Of a stretch of DNA of 64,000 nucleotides, positions 18,879-28,416 are shown piece after piece. Position 1 is the stretch's first letter. Each line of letters begins with the position of its first letter. A model generated the notes under the pieces. That model did not search any database. It saw nothing but the letters and a program-made list of their open reading frames with translations, and had not been told where the DNA came from. The position numbers and the translations under genes are program-made. Origin of the DNA: an uncultured Sphaerobacteraceae bacterium (GTDB lineage: Bacteria > Chloroflexota > Chloroflexia > Thermomicrobiales > UBA6265); assembly GCA_964434995.1 (NCBI GenBank), contig CAYSXO010000001.1:14900-78899 (forward strand), read 5' to 3'.

Positions 18879-19661
18879 ATGAATGGTCGCGAACTCAAGG
18901 ACACCTGGAAGACTGGCAAGCCCAGCTTTGGCGCCTGGATCACCCTGGCTGACCCGGCAGTGTGCGCCATCATGTCGAACCTGGGCTTTGACTGGCTCTA
19001 CATAGACGCCGAGCACAACCCCTTCAACCCGGAAGCCCTGCGCACCATTCTCGTCACCCTGCGCGAGCGCGGCACCCCTGCCATCGTGCGGGTCCGGGCA
19101 GTAGACGAGGCCCTGGTGAAACCCCTGCTCGACTGGGGCGCCGAAGGCATCATGTTCCCTTTTATCCGGACCGCCAACGACGCGCGGCGGGCCGTGGCGG
19201 CCTGCCGCTATCCGCCGGATGGCATCCGGGGCTTCAATCCACGGGAGGCCTCCAACTATTACAAAGACCTCACGCCCTATCTCCAAACCGCCAACGACCG
19301 CATCATCGTCATCTTGCAGCTTGAACACGCCGATGCCATCGCCAACCTCGACGACATCATCGCAGTGCCGGGGGTGGATGCCCTAATGATCGGGCCGGCC
19401 GACCTGTCGTTTTCGCTGGGCGTTCCTTTGCAGCGCCAGCATCCCAAGATGCAGGCTGCCATTGACCTCGCCATCGAGAAGTGCCGCGCGGCCGGGATGC
19501 CGCTGGGGATGACGTGGGAAGACACCGACCAGGGCTACCTGGATTACTGCGCGCGCGGCATTACCTTTGTTTCGCCGTATGCCGATACCGACTTCTTGAT
19601 GATGGCCGGGATCAGGTGGCTGGATACGATGCGGTCGGGGGCCGGGGCCCGGCCCGACTAG
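18879..19661 (+). CDS. HpcH/HpaI-family 2-keto-3-deoxy-acid aldolase
   Basis: 260-aa ORF. 'GAWITLADPAVCAIMSNLGFDWLYIDAEHNP' and 'MFPFIRTANDARRAVAACRYPPDGIRG' are typical of the family. Confidence 0.8.
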   Translation: MNGRELKDTWKTGKPSFGAWITLADPAVCAIMSNLGFDWLYIDAEHNPFNPEALRTILVTLRERGTPAIVRVRAVDEALVKPLLDWGAEGIMFPFIRTANDARRAVAACRYPPDGIRGFNPREASNYYKDLTPYLQTANDRIIVILQLEHADAIANLDDIIAVPGVDALMIGPADLSFSLGVPLQRQHPKMQAAIDLAIEKCRAAGMPLGMTWEDTDQGYLDYCARGITFVSPYADTDFLMMAGIRWLDTMRSGAGARPD

Positions 19662-19668
19662 GCTTGGC

Positions 19669-20622
19669 GTGACGCTCACCCTGCTGATCGCCGATTGTTC
19701 CCTGAATGAGGCGCAGGCTGGCCGCATTGCCCAGAGCACGGCTGGCTGGGCCGACTGCACGCGCCTGCCGGGCGGTGCGCCGCATGCACAGTTCCAGGCA
19801 GCGGTGGCGGTAGCCGATATTGTCGTCGGCTGGCCAGCCCCTGCCTGGCTGCGCGATGGGCACCCCCGGCTGGTGCTGCTGCCTAGCGCCGGGTACGAGG
19901 AGTTTGAGGGCCAGGGTTTGGGCTCTCAGCCTGGCCTAACCATCTGCAACACCAGTGGCGTTTACAGCGTCGGCTGCGCTGAACATGCCGCGGCCCTGAT
20001 GCTGGCCCTCACACGGAATCTGGGCGCGCATGTGCGCGAGGCCGCTCACCGGCGCTGGAACCGCACACGGCCGTACGGCGAGATCGCGGGGGCTGGCGCT
20101 TGCATTGTTGGCCTGGGTGATGTCGGCCAGGCCGTGGCGCGGCGCTGCGCGGGCCTGGGGATGTCTGTCACGGGCGTGCGGCGTGCCGGCGGCGCGCCGC
20201 CGCCCGGCGTAACGCGAGTTTATCCGCCAGAGGCACTGCTGGCCGCGGTTGCCGAGGCCCAGCACGTCTTCTGCACCCTGCCGGGTGGCCGCGAGACCTT
20301 TCGCCTCATTGGGCGGGAAGTGTTCGCGGCCATGCCGGCAGGAAGCTACTTCTATAACCTGGGCCGGGGCAGCAGCGTGGACGAGACCGCGCTCATCGAG
20401 GCGCTTCGCGGCGGGCACCTACGCGGCGCGGGGATCGATGTGCTGGACCTAGAGCCGCCTCAGCCCGACAACCCGCTGTGGGAGATGGAGAACGTTATCC
20501 TAACCCCGCATGTGGCCGGGCTGGCCGCGCGCCATGCCGAGCGGCTGTGCGCTTTGGTCATCGAAAACCTCGCGCGCCGGCGCGAGGGGCGACCGCTGCT
20601 GAACGTACTGGCGCTGGACTGA
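19669..20622 (+). CDS. D-isomer-specific 2-hydroxyacid dehydrogenase family protein
   Basis: GTG start at 19669. It has the NAD-binding block 'ACIVGLGDVGQAVARRCAGLGMSVTG' and the C-terminal 'AGIDVLDLEP...NVILTPHVAG' with the catalytic His. Confidence 0.8.
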   Translation: MTLTLLIADCSLNEAQAGRIAQSTAGWADCTRLPGGAPHAQFQAAVAVADIVVGWPAPAWLRDGHPRLVLLPSAGYEEFEGQGLGSQPGLTICNTSGVYSVGCAEHAAALMLALTRNLGAHVREAAHRRWNRTRPYGEIAGAGACIVGLGDVGQAVARRCAGLGMSVTGVRRAGGAPPPGVTRVYPPEALLAAVAEAQHVFCTLPGGRETFRLIGREVFAAMPAGSYFYNLGRGSSVDETALIEALRGGHLRGAGIDVLDLEPPQPDNPLWEMENVILTPHVAGLAARHAERLCALVIENLARRREGRPLLNVLALD

Positions 20623-20643
20623 TCACGGGCGAAGGAGGCGCGC

Positions 20644-22077
20644 ATGCTGCGCTTGGGGCTGCTTTCATACTCCGATGGGCGCGACCGGGTCCATGCTGGC
20701 CTGGCGCCCGACATCCAGGCCCATCAAGACCGCCTTCGGGCCATCCTGCAGGCCACAGGAGAAGTGGAGGTGATGCCCGCGCCTGAAATTGTGCACTCGC
20801 CCGAAACCGCCCGGTCAGCAGCGCGCTACCTGGCCGACCAACGGCCCGACGCCGTGCTGCACAACATCTCTGTGTTCGCCTTTCCCAATTACATTGTCCT
20901 GGCAGTGCAGCAGTTCGCTCCTGGCCTGCATCTCTTGGTGGGTCCGCACGACCCCCGCTATCCCGGTCTTACCGGGCTGCTGGCGGCGGGCGGCGCTCTT
21001 ACCCAAGTCGGCATCTGGCACGAGCGGTTGTGGGTAGATCTGGATGACCCCGCCGTACCAGGTCAGGTGCTCGCGTTTGCGCGAGCCGCCGCCGCCGTCA
21101 CCCGGCTGCGCGGCCAGGTGTATGGGCTGATCGGCGGGCGCAGCATCGGCATGTACACCGGGGCGGCCCCAGCCGAGCTCTGGCAGCAGCAGTTTGGGGT
21201 GGATGTGGATCACGTAGACCAATCGGAGGTGGTGCGGCAGGCTGGGCTGGTGCCCGCCAGCGAGGTGAGCCTGGCCCAGACCTGGCTCCGGCAGCATGTG
21301 CGCGAAGTGGTTTTCGACGGCGACCTGTTCACGCCCGAGAAGTGGGACTTTCAACTGCGCTGCTACATCGCGCTGAAGGACATCATCGCGCGGCATCAAT
21401 TCGATTTTGCTGGCATCAAGTGCCACTACGACCTGAGCGAGTTTTACAGCGTGCAGTGCATCAGCGCCGCTTTCCTGAACGATCCCTACGACTGGCACGG
21501 CCCCAAACCCTCCGTGCCCCTGGCCTGCGAGGCTGATTCGGACGGCGCGCTGACAATGCAGTTGATGCGCCTCGTCGCCGACCGGCCGGCGTGCTTGTTG
21601 GACCTGCGGTTTTTCGACAAGCGGCACGGGGTCTACGTAATGCCCAACTGCGGCGCGGCGCCCACCTGGTTTGCGGCGCGCAGCGCCGACCCGGCCGAAA
21701 ACCTGGCGCGCGTCCGGCTCGTGCCGTCCATCAGCAAATATGCCGGCGGCGGCGCACACGTGCAGTTCGTCTTCGAGACCGGGCCCCTCACCCTGGCCCG
21801 GCTCACGCGCTCAGCCGCTGGCTATCAGATGGTCATTGGGCTGGGCGAGAGCATCAGCCTGCTACCCGACCAGGTGCTGGGCGCCGGCCCGCGCTGGCCG
21901 CACGCCTTTGTGCGGCTAGACCTCGCGCCCGATCGGCTCGTGCGCACGCTCCAGGCCAACCACCTGCATGCGGTGGCCGGCGACGTTCGCGCGGAGATCT
22001 TTCAGCTATGCCGGATGCTGAATGTGACCCCCGTGCCACTCGATCCTGCTACGGGCGCGCTTGCCAACAACGCTTGA
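20644..22077 (+). CDS. L-fucose/L-arabinose-isomerase-like sugar isomerase (COG2407-like)
   Basis: 477-aa ORF. 'PLACEADSDGALTMQLM' and 'MPNCGAAP' resemble the fucose-isomerase C-terminal domain family. Substrate is unknown. Confidence 0.6.
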   Translation: MLRLGLLSYSDGRDRVHAGLAPDIQAHQDRLRAILQATGEVEVMPAPEIVHSPETARSAARYLADQRPDAVLHNISVFAFPNYIVLAVQQFAPGLHLLVGPHDPRYPGLTGLLAAGGALTQVGIWHERLWVDLDDPAVPGQVLAFARAAAAVTRLRGQVYGLIGGRSIGMYTGAAPAELWQQQFGVDVDHVDQSEVVRQAGLVPASEVSLAQTWLRQHVREVVFDGDLFTPEKWDFQLRCYIALKDIIARHQFDFAGIKCHYDLSEFYSVQCISAAFLNDPYDWHGPKPSVPLACEADSDGALTMQLMRLVADRPACLLDLRFFDKRHGVYVMPNCGAAPTWFAARSADPAENLARVRLVPSISKYAGGGAHVQFVFETGPLTLARLTRSAAGYQMVIGLGESISLLPDQVLGAGPRWPHAFVRLDLAPDRLVRTLQANHLHAVAGDVRAEIFQLCRMLNVTPVPLDPATGALANNA

Positions 22078-22084
22078 GACCAGC

Positions 22085-23650
22085 GTGACGGCCTACCTCT
22101 TGGGCATCGATCTAGGCGGCACCGGCGCAAAGGCCGGTATTTTCACGCTGGATGGTGGTCTGGTAGGCTACGGCTATACGGAGTATGCCATGATCAGCCG
22201 CTTGCCGGGCCAGGCCGAGCACGATGCCGAAGGCTGGTGGCAGGCCACCACTCGGGCCGTCCGGCAGGCGCTGAGCGGCGTGCCGCCCAGCGCGATCCTG
22301 GCCGTGGGCGTGGGCTGCACGAATGGGCTGGTGGCCGTAGACCGGGTTGGGCAACCACTGCGCCCCGCTATCATGCTGTGGGATCAGCGCTCGCTGCCAG
22401 AGGTGGCCCGCATTCGCGCGGCTCTCGGAGAGGCTGAGGTGCAGACAGTCACGGGCAACCCGGTGGCGCCGGGAGCGTATTCGCTTCCCACCCTGCTCTG
22501 GCTGATGCATCACGAGCCCGACACCTACGCAGCGGCGCACAAGCTGATGGTCCCGGGCGGCTACCTGGTGGCGCGGCTCACCGGTAAATTCACCATTGAC
22601 CATTCGCGCGCCTGCACCACCTTGTTATTCGATATCCAGCGGCTGTCCTGGCATGAACCGTTCTTGAGCGCATTTGGCATCGCCGCGGAGAAGCTGCCTG
22701 AGCCCGTGCCGTCGCAGGCAGTGGCCGGTCGGGTGAGCGCCAAGGCTGCCGCCGAGACCGGCCTGCTGCCAGGCACGCCCGTTATGGCCGGCTGCATGGA
22801 TACCCTCGGCGCGGCGCTAGGTGCAGGGGTGATAGAGCCGGGCCAGGGCTTCATTATTATGGGGACAGCGGCGCGCGTGGCGACCACCCTCGCCGAGCCG
22901 AATTTTGATCACCGCCTGATGAACTGCACCCACTTCCAGGCGGGGCATTGGCTGGCCTTAGGCGCGCTGAATGGGGTGGGCTCGTCGCTTCGCTGGGTGC
23001 GCGATCAATTGGGCCAGGCCGAACAGGTGACGGCCAACGCCACCGGGCTAGACGTCTACGATCTGCTGACGGCCCAGGCCGCACTCGCGCCGCCCGGCAG
23101 TAAGGGTCTGATTTACCTACCCTATTTGGCCGGCGAGCGTACGCCAATCTGGGACCCCTACGCGCGCGGCGTGTTGTTTGGACTGACACTTGGGCATCAG
23201 CGGGCCGACGTTTTGCGCGCTGTGCTCGAAGGCGCAGCCATGGCGCTCCGGCAAGCTGTAGAACTCCTGGAAGCGACGAGCGGCCAGCGCCTGAATTGCC
23301 TTCGCGTTGGGGGCGCGGCCGCCGCCAGCCGTGTGTGGATGCAGATCATCGCCGATGTTCTGGGCAGGCCCATCGTCGGCCTGACCACCGCCCACAGCGA
23401 AGTGCTGGGCGCGGCCCTGCTCGCCGGCGTGGGGGCAGGGGCTTACAGCGACTTTGCCGAAGCCCGGCAGGCTTCGGCGCGGGGCGATACGCTCTACGAG
23501 TCTCAGCCCAGCGCACAGGCCGCCTATGACCAGCTCTATCCGATCTACACTGAGCTTTATCCAGCCGTAAAGCCATATTTTGAAAGGATCGCGCACCTCG
23601 ACCTGCCTCAGGTGTGGGTGACGCCGTCGGACAACCATGCTCAGCGATGA
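22085..23650 (+). CDS. FGGY-family carbohydrate kinase (xylulokinase-like)
   Basis: 'YLLGIDLGGTGAKAG' lies at the N-terminus, and 'YLPYLAGERTPIWDP' and 'LRVGGAAAASRVWMQIIADVLGRPI' are typical FGGY blocks. The GTG at 22085, 8 nt after the upstream stop, is preferred over the tracked TTG at 22061. Confidence 0.85.
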   Translation: MTAYLLGIDLGGTGAKAGIFTLDGGLVGYGYTEYAMISRLPGQAEHDAEGWWQATTRAVRQALSGVPPSAILAVGVGCTNGLVAVDRVGQPLRPAIMLWDQRSLPEVARIRAALGEAEVQTVTGNPVAPGAYSLPTLLWLMHHEPDTYAAAHKLMVPGGYLVARLTGKFTIDHSRACTTLLFDIQRLSWHEPFLSAFGIAAEKLPEPVPSQAVAGRVSAKAAAETGLLPGTPVMAGCMDTLGAALGAGVIEPGQGFIIMGTAARVATTLAEPNFDHRLMNCTHFQAGHWLALGALNGVGSSLRWVRDQLGQAEQVTANATGLDVYDLLTAQAALAPPGSKGLIYLPYLAGERTPIWDPYARGVLFGLTLGHQRADVLRAVLEGAAMALRQAVELLEATSGQRLNCLRVGGAAAASRVWMQIIADVLGRPIVGLTTAHSEVLGAALLAGVGAGAYSDFAEARQASARGDTLYESQPSAQAAYDQLYPIYTELYPAVKPYFERIAHLDLPQVWVTPSDNHAQR

Positions 23651-24218
23651 ACTGATCTGCCAACAAGTGGCTGACTATGCTCGCCGCGCCTATGCCCGCG
23701 CTCTGGTGGGCGGCACTGGCGGTAACTTCAGCGCCCGGCTGTCGGACGGGCACATGCTCATCACCGCCACCGGGGTTTCGCTCGGCGACACTGCTGTGGA
23801 CAATCTCATCCGCGTGGCGTTGAATGACGACAGCTGGACTCCCAAGGGCGAATACCGCCCATCAAAGGAGTATCTCTATCACGCCGACATCCTGCGCCTG
23901 CGGTCAGATGTGGGGGCAGTGCTGCACGTCCACCCACCGTACGCTACTGCCTACGCCGTCAGGCAGCGCGACATCCCCATGCTTACCGATGCCGCGTTCA
24001 AGCAGCCACCCATGCCGCGCGTGGCCTTCGCGCCCTCGGGCTCGGAGGCCCTGCGTCAGTCCGTGGCCAAGGCCGTGCACACCAATCCCGGCTGCAGAGC
24101 GCTGCTACTCGAACAGCATGGCCTGGTGGCGCTGGGCGCGTCTGTCGTCGCCGCCTACAACACTGCTGACTTGATCGAAGAGTTAGCCCGCATTGCATTT
24201 CTGGCCGACCAATTGTGA
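23637..24218 (+). CDS. Class II aldolase/adducin-family protein (fuculose-phosphate-aldolase-like)
   Basis: 193-aa ORF. 'GGTGGNFSARL', 'MLITATGVSLGD' and 'VLHVHPPYATA' (His metal ligands) are characteristic. Confidence 0.8.
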   Translation: MLSDELICQQVADYARRAYARALVGGTGGNFSARLSDGHMLITATGVSLGDTAVDNLIRVALNDDSWTPKGEYRPSKEYLYHADILRLRSDVGAVLHVHPPYATAYAVRQRDIPMLTDAAFKQPPMPRVAFAPSGSEALRQSVAKAVHTNPGCRALLLEQHGLVALGASVVAAYNTADLIEELARIAFLADQL

Positions 24219-24243
24219 GAGCGGCAACTTCGGACAAATAGCC

Positions 24244-25131
24244 ATGCCGACGCTGAACGAAATCCACACCCGCCTGCGCGGCCCGATCTGCTCAATCCCC
24301 ACAACCTTTGACCGGCACGGAAGCATTGACGAAGCCGGCCTTTGGCGCGTCATCGAAGTTGCCCTGAACGGCGGCAGCCAGGCTATCATGCTCACCTGGT
24401 TTGACAGCCTATTCCCGCTGCTTACGGACGAGGAAGTCATGCACCTCACGCGGTTGGTGATCAAGCGCGTGGCCGGGCGCGCACTGGTCATCGCCGCCGA
24501 CCGCTCCTGGTGGACCGGGCAGAGCACGAGCTTCGCGTCCTGGTGCCGCGCGGAAGGCGCAGATCTGATCATAGTCAAACCGCCTGCATTGGGTCAAACA
24601 ACACCCGACCGGCTAATTGACCACTACGTTGCCGTGTCCGAGGTGCTGCCCGTCATGCTGGTGGGCCGCGTGCCAGCCGAAATCCTGCCGGGGCTGGCCG
24701 AACGGGCACCAGGCATCGTGGCCTTCAAGGATGACATCGGCGGCAACTACGGGTTCCAGGTGGCGCGGCACTTTGCCAAGCGCTGGGCGCTGATCACATC
24801 CGGCCACTTGTGGGAACACCTGCAACTGGCGCCCTACGGAGCCGTGGGCTGGCTGTCGAACTTCATCATCTTTGCGCCGCGCGTGGATCAACAGTACTGG
24901 GCGGCGATTGAGCAAGGCGACTTAGCCGCCGCCCGCGCCATCATCCTCAAGTACGACGAGCCGTGGTGGGACCTGGCTGAAACCTTTCCGGGCGGTGCGG
25001 ATTGCATGTGGCACGCCACCCTGGAGGTGTTTGGCCTCGCCGAGCGCTGGCGTCGTTCACCCTATGGCGCGGCCAGAGATGCCGCCCTGGCGCGGCTGCG
25101 CGACTTCTATCTCAATCTAGGCTTGCTTTAG
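24244..25131 (+). CDS. Dihydrodipicolinate-synthase (DapA/NAL)-family lyase-like protein, divergent
   Basis: The ATG at 24244 is preferred. 'IPTTFDRHGSIDEAGLWRVIEVAL' resembles DHDPS N-termini, and 'IVAFKDDIGG' fits the Schiff-base Lys strand. The usual GTTGE block is replaced by 'TWFDSLFPLLTDEE'. Confidence 0.5.
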   Translation: MPTLNEIHTRLRGPICSIPTTFDRHGSIDEAGLWRVIEVALNGGSQAIMLTWFDSLFPLLTDEEVMHLTRLVIKRVAGRALVIAADRSWWTGQSTSFASWCRAEGADLIIVKPPALGQTTPDRLIDHYVAVSEVLPVMLVGRVPAEILPGLAERAPGIVAFKDDIGGNYGFQVARHFAKRWALITSGHLWEHLQLAPYGAVGWLSNFIIFAPRVDQQYWAAIEQGDLAAARAIILKYDEPWWDLAETFPGGADCMWHATLEVFGLAERWRRSPYGAARDAALARLRDFYLNLGLL

Positions 25132-25141
25132 GAAGGTCAGC

Positions 25142-26218
25142 ATGATTATCGAGCGCTTTGTCATCACTCGTTTCCAGTTCCCACGTGCGCGCGTCATGGG
25201 CGACTCGCGGGTGCGCATTGACACCCACTTCATGGGCGCGGTGGAGCTATACAGCCAAAGCGGCGAGGTCGGGCTGGGTTTCTTCGGGACCCTGCTTTAC
25301 CCGCTGCCACCCCTGACCGAACTGAACCGCGTATTCGCGCAGGAGGTAGCGCCGGGCCTGCTAGGCCGCAACGTGTTCGCCCTCGCCAACCGCCTGATGC
25401 AGCAAGCCGGCCGCGCCGGATCGGCGGGCCTGTTCGGCGACGCGGTGGAACACGCCCTGTGGGACCTGCAGGCCAAGGCTGCTGGGCTGCCGCTGTATAA
25501 ACTGCTGGGCGGAACGCGTGACCGGGTGCGGACCTACGTGAGCGGGCTGGACTATCACCTTAGCCTTGACGAGTTGCGGGCGTTCTACGCCGAGGCCGCC
25601 CAGCGCGGTTTCACAGCCTTTAAGCTCAAGTTCGGCCATCCCGATGTGCGCTGGGAGTTGGAGCGGCTCAGGGCGCTGTCAGAGATCGTCGGGCCGGAGG
25701 CCGTCATCATGGTGGACGCCAATGAAGCTTGGACGCCCAAGGAAGCCGTGCAACGGGCGCACGCTTACCATGAGGCGGGCTATTCCATTTACTGGCTGGA
25801 AGACCCATGCGCGCGGGACGACTTTGACGGGCTGGCCTACGTGGCGCGCTCGGTGCCGTTCACGCACGTCAACGTGGGTGAATACACCGACTTGCGCGGC
25901 CGCCGGCGTCTACTAGAACTGGGTGCGGCCGATATCCTCAATACCTGGGGCAGCTTCACCGAGATCATGCAGTCCGTCCGGCTGGCCAACGAGTTCAAGC
26001 GGCCCGTCGCGCTGAGCAATATGTACCTGGAACAGGGCATCCACGCCGCGGTGGCGTCAACATCGGTGGCCTGGCTCGAATACTCGGTGCAGGCCTATGA
26101 TCGCTTAGTGGAGCAACCCGTCACCTATGAGACCGGCTACGCCATCGCCCCTGAGCGTCTGGGCAATGGGCTGGCCCTCTCCGAGCAAGCCCGCACCGAA
26201 TACAGCCGGCCCGAATAG
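25142..26218 (+). CDS. Enolase-superfamily enzyme (mandelate racemase/muconate lactonizing enzyme family)
   Basis: 358-aa ORF. 'FKLKFGHPD', 'IMVDANEAWT', 'YWLEDPC' and 'VNVGEY' line up with the metal-ligand strands of the MR/MLE family. Confidence 0.8.
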   Translation: MIIERFVITRFQFPRARVMGDSRVRIDTHFMGAVELYSQSGEVGLGFFGTLLYPLPPLTELNRVFAQEVAPGLLGRNVFALANRLMQQAGRAGSAGLFGDAVEHALWDLQAKAAGLPLYKLLGGTRDRVRTYVSGLDYHLSLDELRAFYAEAAQRGFTAFKLKFGHPDVRWELERLRALSEIVGPEAVIMVDANEAWTPKEAVQRAHAYHEAGYSIYWLEDPCARDDFDGLAYVARSVPFTHVNVGEYTDLRGRRRLLELGAADILNTWGSFTEIMQSVRLANEFKRPVALSNMYLEQGIHAAVASTSVAWLEYSVQAYDRLVEQPVTYETGYAIAPERLGNGLALSEQARTEYSRPE

Positions 26219-26222
26219 CCGG

Positions 26223-27671
26223 CTACGTCGGCCTTCCAGCAGTCCGCCGCCAGAGACCCGCCTGGAGCCGCGCGCCGGCCAGCACCGCCCGGCACGCATA
26301 GTCGGCCCCAATTGACAGCCACACGCCAGCCAGGCCCAGGCCCAGCCATGTCACCGCCGCGAACGCCAGGCCTAACCGCACAAGCACACTCGCCGCCAGC
26401 GTAATTCCCAGAATTGCGCCCGTATCGCCGCTGCCATACAGCGCCCCCGAATAGGCGAAGGACGCGGCCATCAGCGGCAGCATGAGCACCGCCAACCGCA
26501 GCGCGATGCCGCCTTGGGCCAGCACCTGCGCGTCGGCCGTAAAGATGCGCAGTATCGGCTGTTCCCACACCCATAGGCCCAGGCCGATCAGACCCATCGT
26601 GCCTAGCCCTAACCAGCCTGCCAGTCGGGTGTACTGCCGTGCCCGGTCGTGTTGCCGCTGCCCCAGGGCCTGCCCCACCAGAGTGGTCAAGGCGACGCTA
26701 AATCCCCAACCCGGCAGTGAAGCCAGAAACGAAATCCGTAGGGTGATCTGGTGCGCGGCAATGGCTTCGGTACCGATCTGGGCGATGAGGCCAAGCTGCG
26801 CCGCGAGACACGCCTGGAAGACGATCTGCTCCACGCCAGCCGGCAGCCCGACGGCCAAGATGCGTTTGAGTTGGGCCAAGTCGGGCCGCAGCCAAGCCCA
26901 GGCTAAGCGCAGCCGCGCGCCTGGCTGGGCATACCAGGCTAAAACCGCCAAACCGCCCAGCGCTTGCTCCACCGCAACGCCCAGGGCGCTGCCCGCGATG
27001 CCGAGGCGAGGCAGACCCCACGCGCCCTGCGTGAGCACCCAGGCGAGGCCGATGTTCAGAAGGCTGACCGTGGAATGGATAAGCACAGGCGTGCGCATGT
27101 CGCCCGCGCCCCGCAAGGTGGCATTCCCGGCGGACATGACACTGCGCAATGCAAAACCCGGCGCCGCGATGCGCAGCCAGAGTGTACCCTCGGCCACAAC
27201 ATCCGGCGCGGCCCCCGTTAGGCGCAGGATGGGCTCGGCCCACACCGCCAGTCCTAGCGCAGACAAACCGCCCAGGACACTGGCGAGCAGCATGGCCTGG
27301 GCCGCCAATCGCGAAGCACCCTCCCAATGGCCTGCGCCGGTCTGCCGCGCCACCAGCGCAGTCGCTCCAATCCCCACGGCGCTGATCGTTGCCGTCGGCA
27401 CCAGCAGCATTTGACCAGCCAGCCCCACGGCCGCCAACGCTGTGGATCCAATGTGGCTAACGAGATAGACATCCGCCAGGATCACGAAAGTGAACAAGGC
27501 CTGTTCGAGCACAACGGGCCAGGCCAAGCCCAGCAATACCCATGCAAGTTTGCGTGTTTCGGTTGTCGCGTTGATCGCTACGGTACTGGCATCCACGATT
27601 TCATCCACACGTACTAATGCGGCCGCAGAGCGAACCAGGGAGTAGCAGCCATGCAACTGAATCCCCTGCAA
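26223..27671 (-). CDS. MATE-family multidrug/toxin efflux transporter
   Basis: 482-aa polytopic ORF. 'LAWPVVLEQALFTFVILADVYLVSHIGSTALAAVGLA' is the typical MATE N-terminal block. It is convergent with the enolase-family gene, with only 4 nt between the stops. The exact start is uncertain. Confidence 0.85.
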   Translation of the reverse strand: MQGIQLHGCYSLVRSAAALVRVDEIVDASTVAINATTETRKLAWVLLGLAWPVVLEQALFTFVILADVYLVSHIGSTALAAVGLAGQMLLVPTATISAVGIGATALVARQTGAGHWEGASRLAAQAMLLASVLGGLSALGLAVWAEPILRLTGAAPDVVAEGTLWLRIAAPGFALRSVMSAGNATLRGAGDMRTPVLIHSTVSLLNIGLAWVLTQGAWGLPRLGIAGSALGVAVEQALGGLAVLAWYAQPGARLRLAWAWLRPDLAQLKRILAVGLPAGVEQIVFQACLAAQLGLIAQIGTEAIAAHQITLRISFLASLPGWGFSVALTTLVGQALGQRQHDRARQYTRLAGWLGLGTMGLIGLGLWVWEQPILRIFTADAQVLAQGGIALRLAVLMLPLMAASFAYSGALYGSGDTGAILGITLAASVLVRLGLAFAAVTWLGLGLAGVWLSIGADYACRAVLAGARLQAGLWRRTAGRPT

Positions 27672-27768
27672 AGAGCCTGCTGCAGTACAAGAAAGGTGTC
27701 TTGTAGTTCATCACGTTGAATAAGATGGAGCGGAACTTGCAACTCGGCTGGGCAAGGAGACCCTGCCC

Positions 27769-28286
27769 ATGCCGAAGAAACGATACATCGTCGAATAGAC
27801 GCCCAACGAACGGACGGAATTGCTGGCGTTGACGAGTAAAGGCGAGGTCCGTGCCCGGAAAATGAAGCGGGCGCAGATCCTGCTGAAGGCCGACCAGGGA
27901 GCTACGGATGCGGAGATCATGGCCGCGCTGGGGGTAAGCCGGCCGTGCGTCGAGCGGCTGCGCAAGCGGTTCGTGGAAGGCGGGCTGGAACACGCCTTAA
28001 ACGAAGACCCGCGGCCGGGTAAAACGTCCAAGCTGAATAGCAAGGCGCAGGCGCGGCTGATTGCCGAAGCCTGCAGCGCCTCGCCGGAAGGCCACAAGCG
28101 CTGGACGCTGCAATTGCTGGCCGTCCGCGTGGTGGCGCTGGAGTTGGCGGAGACGTTCTCATACGAGGCCATCCGGCGGGTGCTAAAAAAACCACCACCA
28201 AGCCCTGGCTGAAACGCGAATGGTGTATTCCGACCGTCGGGTCTGAAAATGTAGCCGCCACGGAAGACGTGCTGGACTTGTACTAG
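27769..28286 (+). mobile_element. IS630-family transposase remnant (pseudogene: in-frame stop, then truncated before the DDE domain)
   Basis: From the ATG at 27769 the sequence reads 'MPKKRYIVE*TPNERTELLALTSKGEVRARKMKRAQILLKADQG...', with an in-frame TAG at 27796-27798. An A7 slippery run lies at 28185-28191. The -1 frame continues 'KPWLKREWCIP...EDVLDLY' and stops at 28284-28286, with no catalytic domain following. Confidence 0.75.
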
Positions 28287-28416
28287 GTGAATTTCGCGCG
28301 CACGGCTTGTTGCATCTCTTGAATGCATGGACAGGCATCACCTGTTGACCGTGGACCTGGCCGATGCCTGACGTCTGCACATGGCGGCACGCCACGTAGA
28401 AAGGGCTTATTGCGAA

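Noticed and set aside
28332-28370. An 8-bp inverted repeat CAGGCATC...GATGCCTG downstream of the MFS stop. It was considered as a terminator.
   Set aside because: It has a 23-nt loop and no U-tract on the relevant (minus) strand. It lies next to the IS630 scar and may be fortuitous.
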